In this document: positions 25,353 through 37,541 of the stretch, in pieces | Numbering within the stretch: the first letter of the stretch is position 1 | Layout: the number at the start of each line of letters is the position of its first letter | Assembly (NCBI GenBank): GCA_030295235.1 | Contig: AP026130.1 | Coordinates: forward strand, 744,001 to 808,000 | Length of the DNA stretch: 64,000 nucleotides | Direction: 5' to 3' | Origin: Fistulifera solaris | Lineage: Eukaryota | Program-made: the position numbers and the translations under genes | The notes under the pieces: generated by a model | The model's input: the letters and a program-made list of their open reading frames with translations, nothing else | Database searches by the model: none | Told to the model about the DNA's origin: nothing

Positions 25353-25769
25353 ATGAGTAGTAACATTCCAAGTTCGAGTAGCCCCACTGCTGGATCGAAT
25401 AGTCTTCCCGCGGGCGAGCCGAATCAAGGAAGGAGTAGCGTGGCAACCGTAACCGAAACGGTCACAGCGACCCCCAGCGAGCAAACCGAAGTTCTTCGAC
25501 TCACACTAAGGGCTCCACCTTCGGTACGGTGGGATGAAAGCATTGTAGATAATGAAGGATTAGGACGCAAGTCATCGAAAAGATGCTGCATCTTTCACAA
25601 GCAGCGGGCTTTTGGGGAGAGTTCAACAGATTCCTCAGATGCTGAATCGGGTGATGATGGGGAAGATGGTGACGACGGCGGAGATAAGGCATCACCCAGT
25701 AAACACCGCAAAATTGCTAGACCCAAGAAGAGTGACAATGTTCCTGATTTTCAAAGATTTCATGCATAG
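25353..25769 (+). CDS. YPI1: Protein phosphatase 1 inhibitor-3 (Ypi1/PPP1R11)
   Basis: VRW (RVxW-type) followed by [19 protein letters not shown] and an acidic tract, the Inhibitor-3 signature. Confidence 0.92.
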   Translation: MSSNIPSSSSPTAGSNSLPAGEPNQGRSSVATVTETVTATPSEQTEVLRLTLRAPPSVRWDESIVDNEGLGRKSSKRCCIFHKQRAFGESSTDSSDAESGDDGEDGDDGGDKASPSKHRKIARPKKSDNVPDFQRFHA

Positions 25770-26164
25770 GCGGCTGTTTTTTTCTTCGAAAAGAGATTCA
25801 TCTATAATCTATAAACTATCGTTCTTACCCCCAAAGCCCACGTAGGCTCATTATTGTGTTTAGAGCTTACGTTCGACCTATCGTCCCGTGGCAGATACCT
25901 CTTGCATCTACTTCAACACTTGATCGACCGTCGCTAAGTGAATGTAGAAGCAAGATGTCGATCTCCGTAATCAGCAAGTTCGATTTGCCGCTCTTGTGTA
26001 ATTCTTGCATTCGCTTTTCAAATCAATCAATATAGCTTAGTAAACATCGGTGAACTAATAGATTATTGTTTATATGCGTAGTAAACAAGAGATAGAAAAA
26101 AGTAGGGGGCACATTGACGCCGCTCACACAGAGTCATGCAAAATGTAGTACACAGAAATGTTTG

Positions 26165-28148
26165 TTAGTTTTCGCACTTCACAGCCGGGGCCTTCTCATC
26201 CGAAACACTTTCATCCGAGTCCACATCACCTTTGGAGGCTTCTTCCGAAGAAGAACAGGAAGAGTGGACGACATTAACAGCAGCAGGAACGGAGGCAGGA
26301 ACCGCAAGACGAGGCATCTGCAGCGAATCCAAGATCGCATCAGCGGCTTTGGCAGCTTCGATATCCGCAGAGACGGCTGCGTTACCAACAGCGGGATTCG
26401 ACAAGGCAGCGCAGCGGAATAAGATCTTAGACGTGTCAAATGTCATTGATGCGGAGATCAACTTGTTCGACGCGGGGCTGAATTTCCCTCGGACAACTCC
26501 TTTCAGTGCGAGTTCGCATTGCGCACCCTGATTTCAACAGCAAAAGACTACAATCAGCCAACCGAGTATACAATGTAAAGCATAAAAGCAAGTCCACTTA
26601 CCGCAGCAACTGCTCCGGAGGTCGAGGCTGTCCATTCAAGAAAACCATTACAGTCGTCCATAAAGAAATTCTTTCGATCGCATACAAAGTGAAATGAGAT
26701 GCAAGAACCTTTCACATTCCCGAGCGTTTGAATTAGTGATGCAAATGCACTGGACTCGGCCATGACTTCCGAAACTCCGCTCAGGACTGATTCGGCGATC
26801 ATTTGACCGTTCACAACAGGAACCGTGAACGTAAACTTATCTTCCAGGATAGCCGCCCATCGAGCAAAGTTTGCTTCGTTACGACCACGAAGTTTAAGGA
26901 ACTCTTCGAGCACTCGAAAACGAACTTCGCGCTGTTCCAGTTCCCGTTGAGCCGTTTGGCGCTTTTCCAGCTCGGATGCGTCTCTCTGAGCCACCAGCTC
27001 AGTGAGAGTTCGTTTGAGCTCTTCCACGTAAGCTTTCTTGCGAAGACGGGTGTTGCGTGCATGCTCACGGTTGCGATCGCGATTTTGGCGTGCGCGCTCA
27101 TCGGGCGTCAGGTTCTGACGACGCGCGCGATTGTTACCCTTCGCATCACCTCCATTCACTGACGAATCTGAGGGCGCTTGCGAAGAGTTTGAGCACGCCG
27201 TCACCCAATTATTGCCAGTCAACGCCTTGACATGATCTGTGCTTGTGTCCACTTTGTCGCCACCTAGGATTAGTGGAGCCGACACGACGGTAGTCTCTGG
27301 GGTTTTCGTTGATGTTGCATTCATTATCAAGTTCGTTACAGCCACTTGAGCGATTGCGTGAAAGTCAGCATCGGATTCAACTCTCGACATGGGTTCGTCC
27401 TTGACAAGAGTCGACGGAGCAGCAGGGGCGGCTTTCATGGCGGAAGACCTCGTGTCGTCCGGCTTCAAATTCCCTTTCGGGACCGCAGACACTGCAGGTA
27501 CTTCAGGAAGGTCATCCAAAGGATCGGGCGTATTGCCTTTTGCCTTCTTAGAGGTATCAGGCTTGGCAGCGACCGCCCCTTTCGTCTTCGAAGTCGGTGC
27601 TGCCGAGGCAGGAGCCTTCTTCGAAGAAGTGGATGATACACGTCGAGCTGGTTTGGGTGCTGTAGCTTTTCGTTTCGCTGCTGGTTGCGCAGAAGAAACA
27701 GACGATGCCCTTTTCTTGGTTCCCTTCATTGACGACAAATCGTCAGGAGGGACCGAGTTTCCTTTGGGTTCACCGGAAGGATGTAACAGAGACGTCAAGT
27801 CACTGAAAGATGTAGATGGTCGAAATGCGCCCAATCCATCATCCATAGCAGCAGCTGCGGCAGCAATTTGCACAGCTTCGTCGTTTTCCATGTGGCCATC
27901 GTGACCGACTGGAGAAAGGATGTGGGGGATATCTGAAAGAAGATGTTAGCTGTGTGATAAAGTCAGTGACATTCGATCTTAAACGGCATAAGTATCTTAC
28001 CATTCGAATTCCCATCATCCGCTGCAGAAGTGTTGTAGATGTCGATCAATTCGTCCCCAAATAGTTCTCCTTCGAAAAGATCCGAAGTAGAGACAATAGT
28101 GGGCAGAGAGACTCCGTTGCCGTCAACAGATGGCCACTCAATGGACAT
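26165..28148 (-). CDS. bZIP transcription factor
   Basis: Basic region ERARQNRDRNREHARNTRLRKKAYVEELK followed by a zipper. Introns near 27933-28000 and 26528-26601; a possible 5'UTR intron at 28352-28654. Confidence 0.88.
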
Positions 28149-29874
28149 GATCGATGAATGAGTCGAGGATGTTATTTGAAACAGTGCGATTTGCGTGATG
28201 TTTGAAACGATTTTAAGGAGAACCGAAGGGAGATCTTTGGGGTTCCCAAATTCGCGTATGTAGCAAGTAGTGGAAGTTTGTTTTCGTTTTAAATTAGAAT
28301 GGTCCAGCAAGTTTTGTTCTTTCGGCTTAGCAGGCGTTTGCTGGGAGATTTCTGTTAAGAGAAAGGTAAAGTCGATTGCAAGTTAGATAAAGTGGGTGAA
28401 AATGGACGCGAATCTACGCATCGAGAAAGTGTCTCTGAAGATTCAACCTCGGCTAACACGATACGTTCCTCATCTCACGAAAAATGATATCAGGTACGCA
28501 AGCAATCATCTACTAAAGAATAGCTGAATGAACGGGACGACTTTGATCGAACAAAATTGCTTCAATATTATGTCAGTTGATGGTTCGTGGGAGGACGCCG
28601 AGCAGGTTTCTACGTGAACGCAATGAAATCGACAGAGGCCTACGACAAACTTACACTTTCAAACAAAGAGGCGGAAAGCGGCGTGTGATGAGGAATTAGA
28701 GTGATGAATGAATGGAGTGAAATGATGCTAAGCTCATGAATTAGCTGTTGCCTTGCTAACTCCGGCTTCTTGATGGGTGCGATGTGGTTCAACAAAAACA
28801 AGCTCTTTTTTTATGCAACGGCGTTGCGGCGTTTTGTTGTGTAGACGGATCGGTTCGATTGCCGTCTGTAGAAGCCACGTAGCATTTGTACGGAGAAAAT
28901 GATCCAGATTTCGAGTGAAAATGATTTCTTTCCCAAGAGCATGACTGCGTGTACTTCGAAATGACGTTTTTCAGCCGAGACCGTCTTTTGTCCAATCAAA
29001 AGACACCAAGACATCAAACAAAGAATGCAATTCGGTTTTTTGTCTGCATTTCTACTATTTAGGTATAGACAGAGCGAATTTTAGAACCAAAAACGAAGCT
29101 ATACACTCTTACTGTAGTTTACCTCCGAAAGGTAATGCGACAAGGTGGACAAAAAGTGACGAAACTTCACTATCACTTGTTTAGTGCTGATGTCATTTTT
29201 GCCACATACCTCAAAACAATGGCCCAGAATGTGGGACAGTGGAGAAACTCATTTCTCCCTGGATATCGTGGTCCAATCAAATTTCACCACGATCACGATT
29301 ATGTACACGTCATCAATTCCATCTTCATCATCCAGGGAGAATTGCCTCGCCTTCTGACCGGAACAGGTTGACGTTAAATGAAGAAGATGAAACTGCACCT
29401 CTTCCAACCGCTACTTCAACATTCGGTGTCTGACTCACCTTACCAATGTGTTTTGCAATCCAACCTCCATCCCTATCCTTATCTCGTGTACTCTTTGTTC
29501 AAGCTTGAACTTCAAGACGATTTGTGATTAGGTACCGGTAGGTCTCGTAAGAAGTCGTACCAGCGTTATAGAAGATTCATGTTTTGAAGTTGTAGATCTC
29601 GTTTTGTCGGGAAAGAAACCATAAATCATCGTCAATGTCAATAACTAGATTAGGCTCTCTAGAGAGCTAGAGAGGAGCTTTGTGGTATTCAACGAATGTT
29701 AGTTGACGATGATCTCGTACTCGACTGAGAAACAAAGCAAAATAGACAGCCGACGGTAGAACGGCAGCTTGCTGCTTGTCAAAACAATCGTAAGACAGGT
29801 CAGAACCGAGAGAAAGAAAGTCTGCGACTAGATAAAAGGAATCGTGTTATCAGCTGCGAAGGAATGAGACTTAA

Positions 29875-32227
29875 CTAAGTACCTAAAAGAGCTTCTTCGA
29901 GTCTCTTCACCCACGTACTCTCCACTTTCTGATTGATCCAGCAATTGCAAAAACTTCCTGATTCGTCGACAAACAGGTTTTCTTGGTGAATAGTGTCATT
30001 GAATATCGTTGACTCGGGACAAACTCGACCCACTCCGCAGCCACGATACTGTTTGCCACTTCGGCAGTTAGCACTTCTTGTCATCGTTTCATAAGGTAGC
30101 ACAGATTTGGTATGCACCAGCACACCCTCATTCAGCTCATCCAAGAATCTGTCACCCCATTCGTAATCATTAACGCGACGAGAAAACGGCCGGTCATTGC
30201 CGTAGATCCAGTCTTTGTGGTAGCGGGCAATATCTGTCGTTATTGTCGAGTAATGGACAAAGTGACTGAGCACAAACGACGGTTGGTAAATTTGCTTCAT
30301 GGCTCTGGCGAATCTATCTGGTCGCGGAGGCTTGATGTAATCGCAGTTGTACACGCGTAGAAATGTTTCATTTCTTCTGGGCACAAGACACGGATCAAGA
30401 GGATCTTTCCGTTTTCTGTGCGGTTCGATGTTGCAATCATTTTGGTCCGCCAATTCTTCCATCAAGTCTTCGCGTGGACGGCCTCTGCTGCTTTTCATTT
30501 TCAACACTTTTGTTTGTGGAGATGATTGCATGATATTAGTTAAAAGATCTTTCCAGGTACCATTAATCATGGGAACCAGGTACTCGTCTGTATCGATGAA
30601 CGCCATCCAATCCGTGGAAGGCCCGTATCGCTCCCGGCAGCTGCTTTCAGCCGCATACTAAAGAAAACGCATTGCAACCTGTGATGAGGACGATGTATCC
30701 CATGAAGCTATAGCTGATAACAAAGCATCATTGCGCTTACCTGAGAACTACGCTCACCCGGATTCTTATTGTTTGGACGATTGTTGTTGCAAACTTTAAA
30801 GGGCCATGGGTGATACGTCACAAAATCGGGAAATGCGTCCGTAATTTGCTTCAGAGATGTATTAACTTCATCGTCTGCAACAGAAATCTGACTATTGTCG
30901 TAGATAACAATGTGATCAACCCCAGCTAATTTGTGGAAAACAATCCATTCACGCAATCGCCCTGGTGCGTCATTCACCGCGATTCGATCACCGCGCCGAT
31001 GATAGGAAGAAGCAGTCCACGTGCACAGGACAAGGGTATTCCGTTTATCTATACTCGTGTCGTGTTCCTTTTCTGCAATTTGATGACTCGATGGATTAGA
31101 TGCGTCGGAGGCACAAATTGGTAGATTCGCGATACGTCCTGAATCAACCAGTTCTGGCAAAAGTGACTGTCACCGAACGCTTTCACGGTGTCAAAAGCTT
31201 CAAGATGCAAAGATTCATCATGTCCTACATGCATCTCTCCAAGAAGGCGCTCTCCGTGGCGTGCTGGGGTTCGAATGGGAATCAAGTCCATCCAGACACT
31301 AGGTTGATCCTTATGTAACTTCATAGAGTTTCGAAACAATTCGGGCACGGGGCATGAGAACAACAACTGCGAGAATTCAAATAATCCAACATCCGGACCC
31401 TTAAAAGAAAACATACTTTGTTCGCGATGCTTTCGCCAATTGATGTATTCGTAATTGAACGGGTATTCCGAGAAGGAGATTTCTGAATTGCCTTTGTCGT
31501 CGTGAAATCGACAAATGAAACGGGTTTCCAACACAGTAGCTTCGTCCAGAGAGGACAATAGATACTTATTATTTCCCACGATTTGGATCGGCACGGGTTG
31601 AAACAGCGCCATTTGAGGCTCCCAAAATTTCATTGCCGATTCTTTCCCGTGCCCCGTATCGCACCTCCGTCGATTTTGCGCCACAAACTTCACCGCCCAG
31701 CTCTTGTTGTTACCAATACTCGTATCTACAAAATAGTCGTGAATCCAAGGTAAGAACGGATCCGACTCGGGAAATTCGTCCGTGGGAAACCGTATCAGAA
31801 AGCCGTTGGTGCAATTGACACCTGCCTGTGAAAATCCTATTTTCTGCAAAATATCCGCACTTGTTTTGCGCATCGGAAGAGGCTTTGTGTCGATCATGGT
31901 GCTAGGTGGCTCTAAATAAAATGTGAGGATTTTCTTGTCGCTTGGATCCGAAGGATGTTCTACTTTCGCCTGTTCACTATTCGTTTGGACTTGCATGTTG
32001 TTGACGATCATGTTCCTTTCGTTCTCCCGACGACCCATGTCATAATGTCCCTTATCTGCTGGAACTTGCTCTTCCGGTTCTTGATAATATATCAGTGTAG
32101 CGTTGAGATTCATCCATGCCAGAAAGCAGACTAGAAAAATGCCAGCGGTACATCTTCGCAAGCAGAAACGAAGACATGCCGTCCTCCGCAGGAGTCCTCG
32201 TCGTGCTTTCTGAGCGGGCAAACCCAT
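29875..32227 (-). CDS. Type II membrane glycosyltransferase, GT92/GT-A-like
   Basis: N-terminal TM segment, LREWIVFHKLAGVDHIVIYDNS, WMAFIDTDEYLVP (DxD) and HFVHY. Intron ~30658-30740; frameshift at ~31158. Confidence 0.82.
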
Positions 32228-32389
32228 ACTGCATGATAATTAGCACTGCGTATAGTCTTGAGAAAAGGACAGCAAGCGATATGAATTTGGGGAGGACCAC
32301 GAAATGATATCAACAAAAATGAGTATGTCATTTTTCGATGAGGCCAAATGAAAACAGAAAATCTGATTATTTGCTGTTTTTCTGATCAA

Positions 32390-32670
32390 CAGAAAATTTG
32401 GGAGTGTGGTGTTTTCACGTCCACAGACGATCTAGAAAATGTGGGAATGTGGAATGTGGTCTTTCACCTTCACAGAAAACCTGGGGATGTGGTTTCCCAC
32501 ATGCTGAGAAGATGTGGGGATGTGGTCTTTCACGTCGACAGAAAATGTGTGTATGTGGATTTTTCACGTCCTTGGAAAATGTGCGGGTACGTAGTATTTG
32601 TTTATCTCAAGTACACATACTGGTAAAATCTGGAGAAGTGGTTACCTCAAGTACACAAAATTTCTGGGGA
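32390..32670. repeat. Degenerate ~30-bp minisatellite (TTTCACGT..CAGAAAATGTGGG) in the GT92/SNF8 divergent intergenic region
   Basis: Repeated units gtctttcacgtcgacagaaaatgtg / ttttcacgtccttggaaaatgtg; the reverse complement matches the 60080 array. Confidence 0.75.
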
Positions 32671-32825
32671 CGTCTGCATCAACGATCACCGTAATGGCCG
32701 CAACACGCTCCATCTGCCCTCTGCTTTGCATTTCCTTACCTATTGTTCCATCATTGTTCAGTCTATCCTTTGTTCTCTAGCAACTTTTATTTGCAAATCG
32801 TCAAAGCAGAAGTGTTATTGCAAGA

Positions 32826-33682
32826 ATGGCTTACAGACGAAAAGGCGTCGGCGTAGGTCGCTTCAGTGCCGACAGGTGAGTTGCGTTTTTCACGTCTAGG
32901 AAAATAGAATTAGCAATTCATTCAGGTTCTAATTCTTCGCTCCCCGCACACTTGACTTTTAAAGACAATTGCAGAAAAAAGCCGATGAGATGAAAGCAGT
33001 GTCATTGCAATCTGCGATCGATACATGTGAGAAGTTAGAGATTAAGCTCACAGAGTTTGCCAAAACGCACCGAAACGATATTCGCAACGACCCGGTGTTT
33101 CGACAACGCTTTCTCGAAATGTGTGCCCCTCTCGGCGTCGACCCCCTTTCATCGGACAAAAGCTTTTGGGGAAGTGTCTTGGGCATGGGCGATTTTTATC
33201 ACGAACTGGCGGTCAAAGTGGCGGAAGTCTGTTCGGCGAGTCGCTCCACGAACGGCGGTATCATGAGTGTGAAAGAAGTGCAAGCGATTTTGGCCAAACG
33301 AAAAACGAGACTTGGCACGGCCAGCGCTGCGGCGACAGTCAGTGCTTCCGACATTGAAGTGGCGATCAAGAAACTGGGAAAATTGGGCGGAGGATTTCGA
33401 ACTATCAAAGTTGGGAAATCGACCATGATTGTGTCGGTGCCCAATGAATTAGACGGAGATATTATGCGTGTCATGGCGGTGGGAAATGAATTATCCCATG
33501 GGATCACAGTCGATGATATGATTGTTGCGACGCAATGGTCTCGTGAGCGAATCGAGCGTGCCGTTCAGCTGCTGCTTCAAGAAGGCATGGCGTGGTTGGA
33601 TACACATCAAGGAGAAGATTACTACTGGTTCCCATCTTCGTGGCAAGAAGAGCGTGCGAAAATAAAAGAACAAGCTACTTAG
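32826..33682 (+). CDS. SNF8: ESCRT-II subunit SNF8/Vps22/EAP30
   Basis: MAYRRKGVGV, intron 32876-32964, then FAKTHRNDIRNDPVFRQRFLEMCAPLGVDPL, FWGSVLGMGDFYHELAV, EGMAWLD and YWFPS. Confidence 0.95.
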
Positions 33683-33723
33683 AATGAACTCATGAATATA
33701 GTGCTTGTCACCCTCTACACTAT

Positions 33724-34329
33724 CTAAATGGATCCGCAATCAGAGTCATCTGCATGACTCTTAAGGTCCGGGGCGCGAGAAATGGACTCGGACGACGTTT
33801 CCGCCGTAATATTCACTTGCGCATCTTCCTCGTGCACGAAAGGGACATTCGAATGACTGGTAATGCTAACGAAAACCTCGGCGGGAATGTTGTCAGCGTG
33901 CGAAAACATATGAGAAGTCTCGTGCTCAATGACGGGTTTCGACATGCCTGCAATACGGCTGGAAGATCGATCAACGGGAGACTTTTTACTGCTCTGAAGT
34001 TTGTTAGTTACAGGAGGAGGCAGCTGCTTTGCATCAGAGAAGACGGGATTGTTACCCGTTCCGCGTGTCTTGTTGAGCAACAGGAGACTTCGCGGAGTTC
34101 TAGGTTGTTTGTTAGGCGTCACAGGAATAGATGACTTCTTGCCTCTCGTCGATAAGGACACATCCGGGGCAAAGGTGTACTCGGACATTAGTTTTGTCTC
34201 GAGATTCTTCAGCTTCTGGTCTCGTTCTTGCAAAAGAAGGACTGAACGCTCATAGATGGAAAGGCTTGGATCGTTTTTACGTTGCGTCGAAGCGGACGTG
34301 TTGGGGGTAACTCTCATGGTGGTCTTCAT
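33724..34329 (-). CDS. Hypothetical protein (201 aa) with a short coiled coil and a TFxP motif
   Basis: ATG-to-stop ORF containing YERSVLLLQERDQKLKNLE..EYTFAP. Confidence 0.55.
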   Translation of the reverse strand: MKTTMRVTPNTSASTQRKNDPSLSIYERSVLLLQERDQKLKNLETKLMSEYTFAPDVSLSTRGKKSSIPVTPNKQPRTPRSLLLLNKTRGTGNNPVFSDAKQLPPPVTNKLQSSKKSPVDRSSSRIAGMSKPVIEHETSHMFSHADNIPAEVFVSITSHSNVPFVHEEDAQVNITAETSSESISRAPDLKSHADDSDCGSI

Positions 34330-34589
34330 CGTCCTTTCGTTCCACTGCTCGTCGTCAAGAATTTTTGACGACTGTGAAAATTGTGAAGATTTGACTTCTC
34401 AAGCAATCATTGCTGCTTGACTGTCGAAACACGTCAATCCTTGTGGGACTCACCGTGATCGTAGAAAACACGGTGCGAAAATTAACCCCGCGTGAACGTG
34501 GCAATAAAGGTGCGCTGAGATGTTCTTCAAGGACTTAAATCCTAATAAACAGCCATTGATGAGGAAAAATGCTTGTTTAAAGTCTATAG

Positions 34590-36851
34590 TTACGAAAATA
34601 GTGTGTTTTCGCTGATGTCGGCTGCTTCACTGTCGTCGTTCACAAAACCGACCGTTACTTCGCAATCCATTTCATGAAGACAATAGGTCACGGCATCGTG
34701 CGTTGAAGCGAATATATGATCCCTGCCTATTTTATCAGCCAGCCCGCCTATAAACAGCATTCGCATCACATCTTGGTTCGGGTTGGTAAAAACGATGCGT
34801 TGTCCCTGGGATCTGAGATTGTCGAACGTTTTCTCCAAAATGCAAAGCGCGCTTGTATCAATATGCGCGACCGAGCTAAAGTCTAAAACGAGATATCTGC
34901 TTTGAGTTTCCGATTCGATGTTGCCCTCTTGGAAATGTTGCATTATTTTCTCTCGGACATGCTCTGTGTTTGCGAAATAAAGGCTTCCTTCGATGCGAAT
35001 AAGCACAACACCATTGTAATGGTCTGCTTCCGGGTATTGTTTGATGTTGATGTAAGCACAAGTACCTGGTAGACGACCCAAAAGTGTTATGTGTGGATAC
35101 GCGGACTGATAGATCACGACAAGTAGCGACACTGCCACTGCGATCGCAAGGCCAAGTTCGACTCCAAGGAATAGCGTGCCAAAGCATGCTATTAGCCAGA
35201 CATTAAAGTCAGAACGGTGGACAGTCCATAGGCGCAGAGCTTCTTCAAAATCGACAAGACTCACTACACCAGAAATTACAATTGAAGCAAGAATACAGAG
35301 CGGCATCTTTTCGAATAGTTTCGTCAAAAATAGGAGCACGAGGCTGACCAACGTCGCCGTCACAATGCCGCTCATGCCACTTTGTGCACCGCTGTCATTG
35401 TTCACAGCGGATCGAGAAAAAGACCCCGTTACCGGATACGAACTGAACATGCCTCCCATCAAATTCTTGATAATTAAAAACTCATCAGACATTTTTTTAG
35501 TAAAAGACGCTCTCAGATATGTGACATCACGTACCGACATTCCCAATCCGATCAGTTCTTGCGATGAATCAATTTCGTACTTGTGTGAGAATGCAAGCCG
35601 TTTCGCGATGGCAATGCTTTCCATGAACCCCACAAGAGTGATGGTGCTGACAAGAGGGATGAGTTTGCTAGCTTCTTTCACAGGCGTCCAATAGGAGATG
35701 GTGAAAGGCGGCAAACCACCGGGTATTTGACCAACGACAGGAATGCCCTTGTTCTCGAGGTCGAATGCGGACGTTAGAATGATAGCGATTATAGAAACAA
35801 TCAGAGGACCAACAGCACGCAGTTTCTGAAACCGAGGCGACTTTGCGCTCGCTGTCTTGGCAAATAAAAGAAAACAGATGCCGACCGACCCGAACAGAAA
35901 TGTCCGCCAATTGAAGTTATCGATGTTCTTTAACAAGTTGAAAATCAATTCATGAAATCGATCGGACCGTTCTACGTCGTATCCCAAAAGGTATTTGACT
36001 TGCGACATGCCGATAATGACAGCGGCTCCGGTCGTAAAACCCGATATTACCGCGTGGCTGAGAAAATTTGTGACAAATCCCATGCGACAGATTCCCAACA
36101 CAATGTAGGTGATGCCCACCAGGAACGATATTTGCACAGCGATCTGATTGTATGTTGCTTGATATTCCGGTGTACCGGGGCTCAAGTCTGGATACTCTTC
36201 CAGGAGGCTCGAAAGACCCGACGAGAGGAGGAGAGATATTATGGCTACGGGTCCCACTGCCAGTTGCCGACTACTTCCGAAGCAAGCGTAAGCGTAAATA
36301 GGGAAAACAGCGGAATACAGACCATACTCTACTGGTAAGCCAGCAAGCTTCGCGTAGCTCATACTCTGGGGAATGATCATGATACCGACAGTAAGTCCAG
36401 CTACCAGATCAGTGATGAAATTCGATCGAAAATCGTACGCTTTTAACCACGAGACGATCGGCGTGACTACCTCACACCATTCCGCTATAGAGCGATCCTT
36501 TCCACTGCAAAGGAAATCCCCAATCACTCGGCGCAGACTCCGGCGTTCGGATTGTAAATCGAATTGCATGTGCGGCACAGCGTGACGACGGTGGGCCAAC
36601 GCATCGGTCCGGATGAACTCGAGTGCACGACGGTGACTCGACACCAGTGGCCGCTTGCGCAAACTATCGGGTGATACCGAAGCTACCGCAAGTAGTCCTA
36701 CCGTAGAAGAATAAGAATCATCTTCGTCCATGTGAATATTTCGTGTGGTTCGGCCGTGAAGACTGGACGACAATGACAGAGAATCACGCGGACGAGATTT
36801 GCGAGTTTTCTTCTCCGAGGGTCCTTCTTCGTTAGCGAGAAGGTCGTACAT
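34590..36851 (-). CDS. SLC26/SulP anion (sulfate/bicarbonate) transporter with STAS domain
   Basis: DLVAGLTVGIMIIPQSMSYAKLAGLPVEYGLYS, GSSRQLAVGP, GSFSRSAVN and STAS (LYFAN, DFSSVAHIDTSA). Probable 69-nt in-frame intron at 35466-35534. Confidence 0.95.
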   Translation of the reverse strand: MYDLLANEEGPSEKKTRKSRPRDSLSLSSSLHGRTTRNIHMDEDDSYSSTVGLLAVASVSPDSLRKRPLVSSHRRALEFIRTDALAHRRHAVPHMQFDLQSERRSLRRVIGDFLCSGKDRSIAEWCEVVTPIVSWLKAYDFRSNFITDLVAGLTVGIMIIPQSMSYAKLAGLPVEYGLYSAVFPIYAYACFGSSRQLAVGPVAIISLLLSSGLSSLLEEYPDLSPGTPEYQATYNQIAVQISFLVGITYIVLGICRMGFVTNFLSHAVISGFTTGAAVIIGMSQVKYLLGYDVERSDRFHELIFNLLKNIDNFNWRTFLFGSVGICFLLFAKTASAKSPRFQKLRAVGPLIVSIIAIILTSAFDLENKGIPVVGQIPGGLPPFTISYWTPVKEASKLIPLVSTITLVGFMESIAIAKRLAFSHKYEIDSSQELIGLGMSVRDVTYLRASFTKKMSDEFLIIKNLMGGMFSSYPVTGSFSRSAVNNDSGAQSGMSGIVTATLVSLVLLFLTKLFEKMPLCILASIVISGVVSLVDFEEALRLWTVHRSDFNVWLIACFGTLFLGVELGLAIAVAVSLLVVIYQSAYPHITLLGRLPGTCAYINIKQYPEADHYNGVVLIRIEGSLYFANTEHVREKIMQHFQEGNIESETQSRYLVLDFSSVAHIDTSALCILEKTFDNLRSQGQRIVFTNPNQDVMRMLFIGGLADKIGRDHIFASTHDAVTYCLHEMDCEVTVGFVNDDSEAADISENTLFS

Positions 36852-37054
36852 CTTTCCGAAAATGCAATTGCTATGTTTTTAATTGCATTTGGTGTTCATT
36901 GTTGCTTGGCAATGTGATTCTTTTGTAGTAAGATGTCAACAAAACTCTTGTGAACGTAAAATTCCCCAATGCTTGTGAGTCTTGGCAACACAAAGAAATC
37001 AGTCGTGGCGAAGTCCGGCATAGACTGCACCGCATACGGTACCAGGTACTTTGA

Positions 37055-37130
37055 AGTCTAGTGTGCACTTCTAGTCTAGGACAGACTTTGAGAGGAGTCT
37101 ACTATGCACTTTCGAGTCTAGGCCAGACTT
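37055..37130. repeat. Two-copy ~41-bp-period direct repeat containing an AGTCT-N5-AGACT dyad
   Basis: agtctagtgtgcacttctagtctaggacagactt / agtctactatgcactttcgagtctaggccagactt. Confidence 0.65.
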
Positions 37131-37279
37131 CGCTAAGCTTTTGTAAATCTTTTCTCAAGACTTGGGCTGTTGCCAATGACGATGCTAGAAATGAAATAAT
37201 AACTGCATCGTGTAAAAGGCGATATGCAGAACGGACGAAAGCTAGAGTGAACATGGCTTGATAACCTGGCTTCGGTATT

Positions 37280-37332
37280 CATGACTGAATTTCAGTCGTG
37301 GTAATGTTTTTGGTACACTTCACATTCTAGCA
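37280..37332 (+). repeat. Dispersed 53-bp bipartite palindromic element
   Basis: CATGACTGAATTTCAGTCGTGGTAATGTTTTTGGTACACTTCACATTCTAGCA. Confidence 0.75.
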
Positions 37333-37541
37333 ATCGGGAAAAGCTGCGTTACACACGCATTTTCGCGACAGGAGTCTATAAAGTCTAAAGGTATGAGTAA
37401 AAAAACCAAAACCTGCTTAAGAAAAATCATGATTCTTGACGGATGTGCATTCGAGCGAAGTAACCGTTGCACTCTTGACTAGACTATCATTTTGAAGCCA
37501 ATCAAACGACGAAAACGATTCGCGGGATTCTCGTTTTTACG

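Noticed and set aside
2..36851. Carbon-concentrating gene cluster (alpha-CA, theta-CA, SLC26)
   Set aside because: The genes are 14-20 kb apart with unrelated genes between them, the alpha-CA looks acatalytic, and the SLC26 substrate is unknown.
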